Below are positions 1-9,302 of a stretch of 64,000 nucleotides of DNA, piece after piece. Origin of the DNA: Candidatus Latescibacterota bacterium (GTDB lineage: Bacteria > Latescibacterota > UBA2968 > SICM01); assembly GCA_965217865.1 (NCBI GenBank), contig CBDCJO010000002.1:5664001-5728000 (forward strand). Reading direction: 5' to 3'. Position 1 is the stretch's first letter, and each line of letters starts with the position of its first letter. A program made the translations under genes and the position numbers. Under the pieces are notes generated by a model. The model searched no databases, was not told the DNA's origin, and saw only the letters and a program-made list of their open reading frames with translations.

Positions 1-2
1 AG

Positions 3-674
3 ACGAAGGAGAACGGAGGAAAGCTCACCCACGCCATTGAAGACTATCTTAAATTCATTTTTAAACTTCAGGCGTCCGGGGAGAAGGTCACGACATCCGC
101 CATCGCGGAACGAATGCACGTGTCCGCGGCCTCCGTCACCAGCATGATAAAAAAGCTGGCCGAGGCGAACCTGCTGACCCATACCCCCTATCACGGGGTC
201 GATTTGACCCCCGGAGGAAAGAAGATCGCCCTCGAGATCATCCGGCATCATCGCCTCCTGGAGCTTTACCTGGCCGATACCCTCGGTTTCAGCTGGGACA
301 CCGTCGATGAGGAGGCCGAAAGGCTCGAGCACGTTATCTCCGAGGAATTCGAAGCAAAAATCGACAAGGCCCTCGGGAACCCGACCATCGATCCCCACGG
401 CTCGTCCATTCCGACTGAGAATGGGAATATGGATCAGGTCGATTGCGTACAGTTGTCCAGTCTGCAAAAAGGTCGTCGTGCAATCATCCGCCAGGTCAGC
501 GATCGAGACCCCGATATGCTGCGCTACATGGCCAGTATCGGGCTCCATCTCGAAACACCCGTCGAAGTCATCGACAGGGCCCCCTTCAACGGCCCGGTAA
601 CCATCGGGGTCGGGACGGACCAGCACGCCATTGGTCTGGAACTGGCGGATCATATTTTTGTTACCGTATCATGA
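3..674 (+). CDS. DtxR/MntR-family metal-dependent repressor with C-terminal FeoA-like domain (5'-truncated by window)
   Basis: Frame open from position 3: LTHAIEDYLKFIFKL..VTTSAIAERMHVSAASVTSMIKKL, RHHRLLELYL, EAERLEH, DPHGS, then an SH3/FeoA-like tail. Confidence 0.93.
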   Translation, partial: TKENGGKLTHAIEDYLKFIFKLQASGEKVTTSAIAERMHVSAASVTSMIKKLAEANLLTHTPYHGVDLTPGGKKIALEIIRHHRLLELYLADTLGFSWDTVDEEAERLEHVISEEFEAKIDKALGNPTIDPHGSSIPTENGNMDQVDCVQLSSLQKGRRAIIRQVSDRDPDMLRYMASIGLHLETPVEVIDRAPFNGPVTIGVGTDQHAIGLELADHIFVTVS

Positions 675-801
675 AATTCAATATCGGCTCACCTCCGAAG
701 CGGTGGGGATCCGACGGGTCTGCCCGACGTTATCTTCCCTTCTTAATAACTCTTAAAGTCGGGCTAAAATATATCCTTCATTCAAAAAATAGGGTTCCTC
801 T

Positions 802-2004
802 ATGATTGATCCTCTCGGTGTCCTGCTGGTTGCCTGTGCGATCACGGCAGTGGGATGCGCGCTGTTCTGGCGCGGGCGCAGCTTTTTCGGGCGTCTGCAG
901 CGCGTCCACCGGATGATAACTAAAGCGGACTCCAAATCACGTCGAGGTTTTCTCCTGGCAGGCGGAGCATCCCTTCTTGGGGTATTGGGGGTCGGCGGAC
1001 GGCGTGCCTTTGGCCCTGCGATCCCTTCCTCCATTGGCCTTGTTGCGCAAGCAGAAGGGCAGGAGGCAGTAAAATCAGAAGTGGGATTGCATGCCCATCG
1101 TATGGGCACAGTCGGAGAGATTCAACCGGGTGACTTCGACCCGATGCGCTATTTGACCGCGTGGAACTTTAATGATTTGGCTCCTGAAGAACGCGAGAAC
1201 TACTACCGGGAAACGCCACGACCCAACGGGACGCTCCTGCGGGAATATGAGTTTGTGGCCGTGGACAAAGAGATTGAAATTGCACCCGGGGTCTTTTTCC
1301 CTGCATGGACATATAACGGGCAGGTTCCGGGTCCCACCATTCGCGCCACCGAAGGTGACCACGTCCGCATTCGCTTCCGCAATCAGGGCTCCCATCCGCA
1401 CACCATCCACTTTCACGGCTGGCATCGCCCCGAGATGGACGGGGCATTTCCGGATCAGTTTGTCTATCCCGGGGATGAATTTCTTATCGAATTTGATGCC
1501 GACCCTGTTGGAATCCACCTCTATCATTGCCACTCCCTGCCGCTAAAACGCCATATCCATAAGGGACTGTACGGCAATTATATTGTGGATCCACGGGAAC
1601 CGAGACCTCCCGCTCGAGAGTTGATCATAATGATGAATGGCTTTGATACGAACTTTGACGGCGAAAACGAAATCTATGCGGCCAATACCGTTGCCTTTTA
1701 CTACATGAATCATCCGATTCAGGTCAAAGTTGGCGAACTGGTGCGCGTGTATCTGGTCAATGTCACGGAATTTGACCCGGTTAACTCGTTCCATCTTCAC
1801 GGAGCGTTTTTCGATGTGTATCGGACGGGGACGCGCCTGCACACGGATGAGTTCACCGATACGGTTATGATGTGTCAGGGGGAACGGGCGATCCTGGAAG
1901 TAACGCTCCGGTATCCGGGGCGTTACATGATTCATGCGCATCAGTCCGAGGTCGCCGAGCTGGGATGGATGGGTATCATTCAGGCCGTAAGCTCTTCAGT
2001 GTGA
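802..2004 (+). CDS. Tat-exported two-domain multicopper oxidase (T1 Cu site in domain 1); true start may be ATG 913
   Basis: SRRGFL twin-arginine motif; HTIHFHG, YHCH..RH....L in domain 1; FHLHG and HAH without Cys in domain 2. Confidence 0.9.
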   Translation: MIDPLGVLLVACAITAVGCALFWRGRSFFGRLQRVHRMITKADSKSRRGFLLAGGASLLGVLGVGGRRAFGPAIPSSIGLVAQAEGQEAVKSEVGLHAHRMGTVGEIQPGDFDPMRYLTAWNFNDLAPEERENYYRETPRPNGTLLREYEFVAVDKEIEIAPGVFFPAWTYNGQVPGPTIRATEGDHVRIRFRNQGSHPHTIHFHGWHRPEMDGAFPDQFVYPGDEFLIEFDADPVGIHLYHCHSLPLKRHIHKGLYGNYIVDPREPRPPARELIIMMNGFDTNFDGENEIYAANTVAFYYMNHPIQVKVGELVRVYLVNVTEFDPVNSFHLHGAFFDVYRTGTRLHTDEFTDTVMMCQGERAILEVTLRYPGRYMIHAHQSEVAELGWMGIIQAVSSSV

Positions 2005-2026
2005 TACGTAAAAGGAGTAAGAAGCA

Positions 2027-3274
2027 ATGAACGTGGATCCTCATCGCGAATCCAGAGATACATCACATCACGAGAAGAAAAGTCTATCGTCCTGGGTTTT
2101 CATCTTTTTACCACTTGTCCTGCTTGGCATTTTGATCGTCATTCTGCAGACCTACGGCCCCGGCAAAGCCTTGCGTAGCCATTTCCCGCCCGTGGAGGAG
2201 ATCGCGTTTCAGCGCATTGTGCTCCGGGACCAAGAGGCGGCCGATAAACGCCCGAAAGAGATCATTTTGCACATCCTCAACGATGGTCCCAGTGAGACGA
2301 CCGTAGCGCAGGTGATGGTGGATGAAGCGTATTGGCCCTTCGAGATCAGGCCAAAGGCAACACTCAAGCACCTGGAGAGTGCTCAGGTTCATCTGTTTTA
2401 TCCCTGGGTGGAGGGGGAGACACACGAAGTCACACTCATCACCTCAACAGGCCTGACTTTCAGCGAAGAGATCGAAGTTGCCGTAGAATCTCCGAGCCCC
2501 AATTGGACCTATCTGGGTATCTTTTCCCTGTTAGGGGTCTATGTGGGTGTGATTCCCGTTTTCATAGGGCTGCTCTGGTTTCCGGCCATGCAAAATGTGA
2601 GCGCAAGAGGGCTGCATTTCCTCCTGAGCTTAACCGTGGGATTGCTGGTCTTTCTTGCAGTGGACGCGCTCCACGAAGCCCTTGAAGTCGCCGAGGAATT
2701 GCCGGAGGCCTATGAGGGTGTTGCGCTGGTCACGGCCGGATTTGCAGGCTGCTTGCTGCTTCTGATGACCATTTCTCGATGGGCGCGCACTCAGGCGGCC
2801 CAACGCGGTGAGACATTCCAACGGATGGTACTTGCCTACATGATTGCATTTGGGATCGGCTTACACAACTTGGGAGAGGGGCTTGCCATCGGTTCGGCAT
2901 ATGCGCTTGGGAATATCGCACTGGGAGGATTATTGGTGATCGGTTTTGCCGTTCATAATACGACCGAGGGTTTCGCCATCGTGGCTCCGGTTGCGAAACA
3001 GCGGGTCGCTTTTCGCAACTTTATCTGGATGGGAGCTCTTGCGGGTGTGCCGACGATTCTGGGCGTGTGGATCGGCGGCTTTACCTATTCGGCGGTCTGG
3101 TCCGTGCTGTTTCTCAGCATCGGAGCAGGCGCGATTGTGCAGGTCATTTATGTCATCCTATGTCAGATGGCACGCCAACCCGAAGACGCGGGGGTGCTGA
3201 CGCCCCACAATTTTGGCGGCTTGTTGGTGGGTTTTTTGATTATGTACTCGACAGGGCTTCTGGTCACGTTCTGA
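2027..3274 (+). CDS. ZIP-family divalent metal transporter with N-terminal extracytoplasmic domain
   Basis: IGLHNLGEG and HNTTEG motifs, multiple TM helices, RBS AGGAG upstream. Confidence 0.9.
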   Translation: MNVDPHRESRDTSHHEKKSLSSWVFIFLPLVLLGILIVILQTYGPGKALRSHFPPVEEIAFQRIVLRDQEAADKRPKEIILHILNDGPSETTVAQVMVDEAYWPFEIRPKATLKHLESAQVHLFYPWVEGETHEVTLITSTGLTFSEEIEVAVESPSPNWTYLGIFSLLGVYVGVIPVFIGLLWFPAMQNVSARGLHFLLSLTVGLLVFLAVDALHEALEVAEELPEAYEGVALVTAGFAGCLLLLMTISRWARTQAAQRGETFQRMVLAYMIAFGIGLHNLGEGLAIGSAYALGNIALGGLLVIGFAVHNTTEGFAIVAPVAKQRVAFRNFIWMGALAGVPTILGVWIGGFTYSAVWSVLFLSIGAGAIVQVIYVILCQMARQPEDAGVLTPHNFGGLLVGFLIMYSTGLLVTF

Positions 3275-3305
3275 ATCCTTTGTCGTCACCTCTTAAAAAG
3301 AGGGA

Positions 3306-3719
3306 ATGGAGATGTTCGGTCCCAGTTTTCGACACAGAATTTCTCAGGTAATTGGCTTTGCTCTCCTTTTAATAGGTATTACACTTGTCGCTGTCGAGGC
3401 GATGCGGGATAGGCCAAATGTCACTTTCGAGGTCGTTGCGGAAAATCTGGTTTTCAGGGGAAATAACCCGACACTTTATGCGAGGCCCGGCTCAAAAGTA
3501 AAACTGATCTTCCGCAATGAATCGCGTGGCATCGAACACCATCTCGCAGTAGAGGGGCTCAACGTGGAAACTGACATTCTTCTACCTGGAGAGCGTGAGG
3601 AGATCAGCTTCTCAGTGCCGCTGCGAGATACGGTCCTGACCTATGCCTGTATGCTGCACCCAATGATGAAGGGTAAATTCGTAGTGGGAAATCCGGATAT
3701 CACTAGCGCATCCCGATAA
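3306..3719 (+). CDS. membrane-anchored cupredoxin-domain protein
   Basis: N-terminal TM helix; EHHL plus C-x2-H-x2-M (YACMLHPMMKG) type-1 copper loop. Confidence 0.8.
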   Translation: MEMFGPSFRHRISQVIGFALLLIGITLVAVEAMRDRPNVTFEVVAENLVFRGNNPTLYARPGSKVKLIFRNESRGIEHHLAVEGLNVETDILLPGEREEISFSVPLRDTVLTYACMLHPMMKGKFVVGNPDITSASR

Positions 3720-3774
3720 AACCCTACATAAAAGCCAGTCAGAAAGGTTAAAATGCAGCCAAGTGATACTAACC

Positions 3775-3870
3775 CGAAGGCGGTTTACAAGCTTCAAAAG
3801 GGCCGCGGATCCGGGAGACATGGTGAAGATGTCTGTGATCGCCGAGAAGATGAAGGTGTCCTCAGCTTCT
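3775..3870 (+). pseudogene. frameshifted relic of a second DtxR-family HTH N-terminus
   Basis: Reads KAVYKLQK then, after a frameshift, VKMSVIAEKMKVSSAS, which parallels KFIFKLQ..VTTSAIAERMHVSAAS of the gene at 3-674. Confidence 0.6.
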
Positions 3871-4040
3871 TGGATGGTTCATAGAGTTCGAACGCTGCCT
3901 CACACTTGGCTTCAGAAAGCATCCATCGACAGCTCTCTCACGCCTTTTCACGTCTCTTCACCTCCCTTCTCCTGAACTTTTCGATTGTCAGTTTTTTGTC
4001 AAAATTGTGACACGGCACGAACCATTATGGAATGGAGCGT

Positions 4041-4199
4041 ATGCTCTTCAGCCTGGTTCACAACCCCTGTTCGACGACGATCTATACCATCTGGAAGGAG
4101 ATCGGGAGCGTCAAGTGGACCGCTGTCTCCTCACTCCTGCCCGTAGTGATGGGCCTCATGATCTGCTTTTTTGTTGCCCAGGTGTGGGGATTATTTTAG
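4041..4199 (+). pseudogene. feoB: C-terminal fragment of ferrous iron transporter FeoB (52 aa)
   Basis: MLFSLVHNPCSTTIYTIWKEIGSVKWTAVSSLLPVVMGLMICFFVAQVWGLF*, matching the FeoB PC..T....KE.GS.KW terminal motif; not in the ORF track. Confidence 0.75.
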
Positions 4200-4242
4200 G
4201 AAAGCTAAGAGCAAACCTATTCAATCCGGGTAAATCCTGACC

Positions 4243-4273
4243 AGGGGCGGATCACGTCGATCCGCCCCTTTTT
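4243..4273 (+). terminator. Rho-independent terminator
   Basis: AGGGGCGGATC-acgtc-GATCCGCCCCT followed by a T run. Confidence 0.85.
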
Positions 4274-4333
4274 ATTTATATAGAATAAGAATTTACGGGC
4301 GGAATTCCAGGTTACATCATACCCTGGCCTCTA

Positions 4334-4362
4334 TTGACACATTAGGGGAACTTGCTTACATT
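4334..4362 (+). promoter_or_regulatory. sigma70-type promoter
   Basis: TTGACA-17 nt-TACATT, ending 6 nt before ATG 4369. Confidence 0.6.
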
Positions 4363-4368
4363 GTTTTA

Positions 4369-5913
4369 ATGGTCTTATCTTTTTTATTTATTGGGTTAAT
4401 CCTGTTTTTCTGTCCAACCCGAATCCTTGCAACCGGTGTTCTCCACCTGGAGACGCTCGGGGACCACAAGTGGGCGACCTGCGGTACTCCTGAGCTCATG
4501 GCCGCACATGCCAACCGGGATCTGCTCCCGGAGAAGACCCGTCGCGGTCTTTCCCTTTTTCAGACAAGGCCTTCGACTCAAAGTCAATACACCAGCCCAT
4601 CAGGACAGTTCCGTATACACTATGATACGAACGGCACCCATGCCGTTGAGCAGACCGACCTGACCGGCAATAGTGTGCCGGACTACGTGGATGCGGTCGC
4701 TGCCACCGCGGACAGCACATGGTCCTTTCAGGTCGGCCAACTCGGGTATCAATCTCCCCGAACGGACAATACTGCCGGGGGCGGACGAGATGAGGTCGAT
4801 ATCTATATCCGGGAATTTGGTTCCCGGGGATTTTACGGGATCGCATATCCTGTTAACAACACCGGCCTCATCGCTTCCGGGTACCTGGAAATCGACAACA
4901 ACTATACCGACGAAATCTATCCGAGCCAGGGATTAGCGGGTCTCAGGGTGACCATAGCCCACGAATTCTTTCACGTCATTCAGTTCGGTTATTACAGTTC
5001 TTTCGATGCAGCCTGGTGGCAGGAGAGCACCGCCACCTGGATGGAGGATATCGCATACCCCGAGGTCAACGACTACTACCAGTACCTGCCCGACTTTTTT
5101 ATCGACCCCACTATTTCCCTTGATCGGTTCCTTTTTCGTGATCGTCATCCTTTCGGCTCAACTGTATTTATTCACAACCTGAATTCCGTGTTCGGTCCTT
5201 CGGTCATCCGAACCTCCTGGGAACAGCTTGGCGTCCAGAAGAACTGGAGCCTCGGCCTGATCGACGAAGTCCTGACCGGTGGGTTCGACCAGGTCCTTCC
5301 CAGGTTCGCAACCTGGAACTATTTTACGGAGACACGTAGCCTCCCCGGTTACTATCCTGAAGCGTCCGCCTATCCGCTTATCCTGGTACAAGACATATCC
5401 CTGAGGTTCGGACAGTCCACGACAACGAGCGGCCAGATGGACCATCTTGCGGCCGACTATATTCGAATTGAACCGCCCTCCTTTGAACCCGGTGGTCTGT
5501 CCGTCAACCTGACCCTCGATACCCGCGCGAAATGGAAAGTCTCCGCCCTGCTTGTCGGATCCGGAGGCTTCGAGATTATGGAGGAGACCGGAAGGGAATT
5601 CCGAATACCGATGTGGAATCAGTACAAAGAGATCGTCATCATACCTGTGTGCCTTACTCAAACGGGGTCGGGCTATACGTATCAGGTAAGGGCAGAGGTC
5701 CGGGGCGACATCCTCAAACCCGCGAGTGCCATCGGTGACTTTATCCGGAACGGGATAGTCGATTTCGATGATTTCTTCCTTTTCGTCAATGGTTTCGGAA
5801 AGACGGCGGCGGATTCCGATTTCAACGTAATCTTCGACCTCAACGGGGACGGGGCCATAGACCTCGACGATTTTTTCATCTTCGCCGATCATTTCGGGGA
5901 AAGTACCACATAA
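4369..5913 (+). CDS. secreted zinc metallopeptidase (MXAN_6640-like) with C-terminal dockerin/EF-hand-like repeat
   Basis: Signal peptide; TIAHEFFHVIQ zincin motif plus downstream WWQES; terminal GDFIRNGIVDFDDFFLF / DLNGDGAIDLDDFFIFA. Confidence 0.8.
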   Translation: MVLSFLFIGLILFFCPTRILATGVLHLETLGDHKWATCGTPELMAAHANRDLLPEKTRRGLSLFQTRPSTQSQYTSPSGQFRIHYDTNGTHAVEQTDLTGNSVPDYVDAVAATADSTWSFQVGQLGYQSPRTDNTAGGGRDEVDIYIREFGSRGFYGIAYPVNNTGLIASGYLEIDNNYTDEIYPSQGLAGLRVTIAHEFFHVIQFGYYSSFDAAWWQESTATWMEDIAYPEVNDYYQYLPDFFIDPTISLDRFLFRDRHPFGSTVFIHNLNSVFGPSVIRTSWEQLGVQKNWSLGLIDEVLTGGFDQVLPRFATWNYFTETRSLPGYYPEASAYPLILVQDISLRFGQSTTTSGQMDHLAADYIRIEPPSFEPGGLSVNLTLDTRAKWKVSALLVGSGGFEIMEETGREFRIPMWNQYKEIVIIPVCLTQTGSGYTYQVRAEVRGDILKPASAIGDFIRNGIVDFDDFFLFVNGFGKTAADSDFNVIFDLNGDGAIDLDDFFIFADHFGESTT

Positions 5914-5916
5914 AGG

Positions 5917-6744
5917 ATGATCTCTCTCAAAAACCCCCAGGAGATTGAACTGATTCGGGCGAACTGCCGGCTCGTCGCCGAGGCTCACCGTGCGATCCGG
6001 GAGCTTATCGTCCCGGGGACCACTACGGCGGAATTGGACCAGATCGTAGAGCGTCTCATCCGGGCCCAGGGGGCCGACCCGGCCTGGAAAGGTTACCACG
6101 GTTATCCTGCAACCATCTGTGCGTCGGTCAACGCGCAGATTGTCCACGGGGTTCCCGGCCAGGTTCCATTGCAAGACGGGGACATTATTGGAATTGATAT
6201 CGGTTCCCGGATGAGGGGCTTCTATGGAGATCAGGGCTATACCTATCCGGTCGGACACGTCTCGGAGGAGACCTGGAGGTTGATGCGGATCACCCTGGAA
6301 TCACTCTACAAGGGGATCGATCAGGCCCGCCCCGGCAACCGTCTCGAGGACATAACCGGACAGATCCAGAGATGGGTAGAATCGCACGGCTACTACATCG
6401 TCCGGAATTTTGTCGGGCACGGGATTGGGAGAAAACTGCACGAGGAACCCCAGATTCCAAATTATGCCCCTCTGGAGAAGAATCCCAGATTGAAACCCGG
6501 GATGGTCTTTTGCATCGAACCGATGGTTAACATGGGCACTGAGGAAGTCGTCGTCGCATCCGATAATTGGACGGCCGCAGCCGCGGACGGCCTCCCTTCG
6601 GCGCACTACGAACACATCATCGTTATCACTTCGGATGAACCCGAGATTTTAACCGAGGCTCTCGAGGACGAGACCCCGTCCCTGGAGCGGATACGACTTT
6701 CGAAGGCGGTTGACGAAGGGGCGGTCACGGAATTTTCAAAATAA
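5917..6744 (+). CDS. map: type I methionine aminopeptidase
   Basis: CASVN..VHGVP, DIG..GFYGD, GHGIGRKLHEEP, CIEPM, SAHYEH. Confidence 0.97.
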   Translation: MISLKNPQEIELIRANCRLVAEAHRAIRELIVPGTTTAELDQIVERLIRAQGADPAWKGYHGYPATICASVNAQIVHGVPGQVPLQDGDIIGIDIGSRMRGFYGDQGYTYPVGHVSEETWRLMRITLESLYKGIDQARPGNRLEDITGQIQRWVESHGYYIVRNFVGHGIGRKLHEEPQIPNYAPLEKNPRLKPGMVFCIEPMVNMGTEEVVVASDNWTAAAADGLPSAHYEHIIVITSDEPEILTEALEDETPSLERIRLSKAVDEGAVTEFSK

Positions 6745-6796
6745 AACAAGGGGTTCGGGTTCGTCTTACGTTTGCCTTTCCCGTTTCACATTTTTT

Positions 6797-7573
6797 ATGA
6801 TCAAACTGACTTTTCTCGGCACCGGTACCTCTCATGGGGTTCCGATGATCGGATGTGACTGCAGGGTGTGCACCTCTCCGGATCCGAGAAACAACAGGAC
6901 ACGGACATCGGCATTCGTTCAGTATAATAACAGATGCGTCTTGATCGATACTGCGCCCGAGCATCGCCTCCAGGCCATCCGAAACGGAATCAAGCAGGTG
7001 GATGCCCTCCTTTTCACGCATACCCACGCGGATCACATTTACGGTTTGGACGACGTTCGGCGTTACTCGCAAATGGACGGAAAGGCCGTCCCCTGTTACG
7101 GATCCCCTGAGACCATCGACACCATCCGCCGGTATTTCGAGTATGCCTTCACAGACACCCCTCCAGGAGGGGGAAAACCTCAACTCGACATGAATCCCAT
7201 CGATGATAGAACGCCCCTGTCCCTGTTCGGGATCGATATCCTGCCGATACCTGTGTATCACGGGGAGACCCCTGTCCTCGGGTTTCGGTTCAACGGGGTG
7301 GCTTATGTCACGGACACCAACCGAATTCCGCCTTCATCATTCGATCTCTTGAAGGACCTCGATGTCCTCGTCCTGGACGCGCTTCGGCCCAGACCCCACA
7401 TCACGCATTTCAGCATCTATCAGGCCCTCGAGGTCGTAGACCGGCTCAGGCCTAAGGAGGCCTACTTTGTGCACATGACCCACCACGTTGAGCACGAAGA
7501 GACCAACGCTTATCTGAGTGAGATGACGGACAGTGTGTCGCTGGCATACGACGGACTGACGATAGAGGTATGA
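6797..7573 (+). CDS. PhnP-like metallo-beta-lactamase-fold phosphodiesterase
   Basis: FLGTGTSHGVPMIGCDCRVC, THTHADHIYG, HMTH, LAYDG. Confidence 0.92.
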   Translation: MIKLTFLGTGTSHGVPMIGCDCRVCTSPDPRNNRTRTSAFVQYNNRCVLIDTAPEHRLQAIRNGIKQVDALLFTHTHADHIYGLDDVRRYSQMDGKAVPCYGSPETIDTIRRYFEYAFTDTPPGGGKPQLDMNPIDDRTPLSLFGIDILPIPVYHGETPVLGFRFNGVAYVTDTNRIPPSSFDLLKDLDVLVLDALRPRPHITHFSIYQALEVVDRLRPKEAYFVHMTHHVEHEETNAYLSEMTDSVSLAYDGLTIEV

Positions 7574-7595
7574 ACCTTTCTCTCGATTAACCCAA

Positions 7596-9302
7596 ATGGC
7601 TAACGATCCCCGACAATTCGCAAGGTCACTGATCTCCCGCGAAAGAGGGATGGTTTTCATCGACCGCGGGGGGGCCGACCTCCGAATCGCCCTGGCTTAT
7701 CCCAACGTCTATCACCTGGGAATGTCAAACCTGGGTTTTCAGTCGATGTATAAGCACTTTAACCTGATGCCGGGGGTGGCCTGTGAACGCGTCTTCCTGC
7801 CGGATGCGGAGGAAGAGAGGACCCTCATCAGGCAACGGAAACCCCTGACGTCATTCGAGTGCGGCCGAAAGATTTCCGACTTCGACATCTTCGCTTTTTC
7901 CGTGTCTTTTGAGAACGATTATGTAAATCTTCTCAAGCTCCTGGATCTTTCTCATATACCGTTCCTGGCGAAGGACCGGAGCGAGGTCCATCCTCTTGTC
8001 CTGATCGGCGGGGCGGTGACCTTTATCAACCCCGAACCCCTTGCGGACTTCGCTGATGTGATCATCATCGGGGAAGGTGAAGAGACCTCCGATCGATATC
8101 TGGAACAGTTTAGGCAAGACAGAGGTCGGAAGCGAACGACGCACTTGCGGGAAGTGATGACGATTCCAGGGGTCTATGTACCGTCATTCACATCCACATA
8201 CGCTGAGAAGGAAGCGGCTGAACACCATCAGGAGGCCCATAACCTCCTCTCACCTACTCCCGTGGAGAAGCAGCAGCGTCCGGATCTTTCCGAACATATC
8301 GCCCACTCCGCCATCGTCACGGATCAAACGGAATTCAGCGATATATTCCTTATCGAAATTTCGCGAGGATGTCCCCGCCACTGCCGTTTTTGCGCAGTGA
8401 GCTACATCTACCCGAAGTTCCGAACCGTTTCGGCCGAACATATCCTTAAAATCGTCGGAGACTGCCGTTCCCGATACGGTGTGGACAATAACCCCGGGTT
8501 CGATCGAGTCGGGCTTGTCTCTTCCGCCATCTGTGACTACCAGGAAACGGACGCCCTTTGTGAAGGGCTTCTCGACATGGGCCTGAAGGTTTCCGTCTCT
8601 TCACTCCGGATCGACCTCCTCACCCAGGGCCTCCTGAACGCCTTGGCGAGATCCGGTCAGCGGACGATGACCATCGCCCCGGAGGCCGGCAGTTATCGCC
8701 TCCGAAAGGCCATAAAAAAAACCATGACCGACGAACAGATCCTGGACGGAGCGGGACGTGCTCTGGACGTGGGCATCCAGCATCTCAAGATCTACGCAAT
8801 GGTCGGTCTTCCCACCGAAACGGAGGAGGATCTGGCTGCCCTTGTCGATCTGACGCATAAACTCAGAAAGCTGATGTACGATCGTCAGGGACCACGACCG
8901 GGCCGACTGAGCCTTAGCGTCAATCCGTTCATCCCCAAACCCCTCACGCCTTTCCAGTGGTCCCGAATGGAGCCGCTCCGGGAGATCAAGCGACGGATGC
9001 GATTTCTCGAACGGGGGATCGGAAAGAACGCAGAGATCCACGTTGAGAATTACCGATCGGCTTATCTTGAAGGGATCCTCTCCCGGGGGGGCCGTGAGAT
9101 GAGCGATTTTCTGATAGCGATCCACCGGTTCGAAGGTGACTGGAAGCGCGCTGTCAGGGAAATCGATCTCAACGTCGATGCGTATCTTGACGAACGTCCC
9201 GACCGAACCGCTGTTCAGCCATGGGACTTCATCTATTACGACGGCGAACGCAACAAACTGGATCGAGAGCTGAATCGCGCGCTCAAGTTGACCGATTCAT
9301 GA
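7596..9302 (+). CDS. radical SAM protein (TIGR03960-like, B12-binding-like N-terminus)
   Basis: YPNVYHLGMSNLG, RGCPRHCRFC CxxxCxxC, IAPEAGS, PFIPKPLTPFQW. Confidence 0.88.
   Translation: MANDPRQFARSLISRERGMVFIDRGGADLRIALAYPNVYHLGMSNLGFQSMYKHFNLMPGVACERVFLPDAEEERTLIRQRKPLTSFECGRKISDFDIFAFSVSFENDYVNLLKLLDLSHIPFLAKDRSEVHPLVLIGGAVTFINPEPLADFADVIIIGEGEETSDRYLEQFRQDRGRKRTTHLREVMTIPGVYVPSFTSTYAEKEAAEHHQEAHNLLSPTPVEKQQRPDLSEHIAHSAIVTDQTEFSDIFLIEISRGCPRHCRFCAVSYIYPKFRTVSAEHILKIVGDCRSRYGVDNNPGFDRVGLVSSAICDYQETDALCEGLLDMGLKVSVSSLRIDLLTQGLLNALARSGQRTMTIAPEAGSYRLRKAIKKTMTDEQILDGAGRALDVGIQHLKIYAMVGLPTETEEDLAALVDLTHKLRKLMYDRQGPRPGRLSLSVNPFIPKPLTPFQWSRMEPLREIKRRMRFLERGIGKNAEIHVENYRSAYLEGILSRGGREMSDFLIAIHRFEGDWKRAVREIDLNVDAYLDERPDRTAVQPWDFIYYDGERNKLDRELNRALKLTDS

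Noticed and set aside
745-800. Possible DtxR/MntR operator upstream of the oxidase
   Set aside because: Only a weak resemblance (TTAAAGTCGGGCTAAAA); no convincing palindrome
5158-6258. 366-aa minus-strand ORF
   Set aside because: Antisense shadow of the peptidase and map genes, with no recognisable motifs
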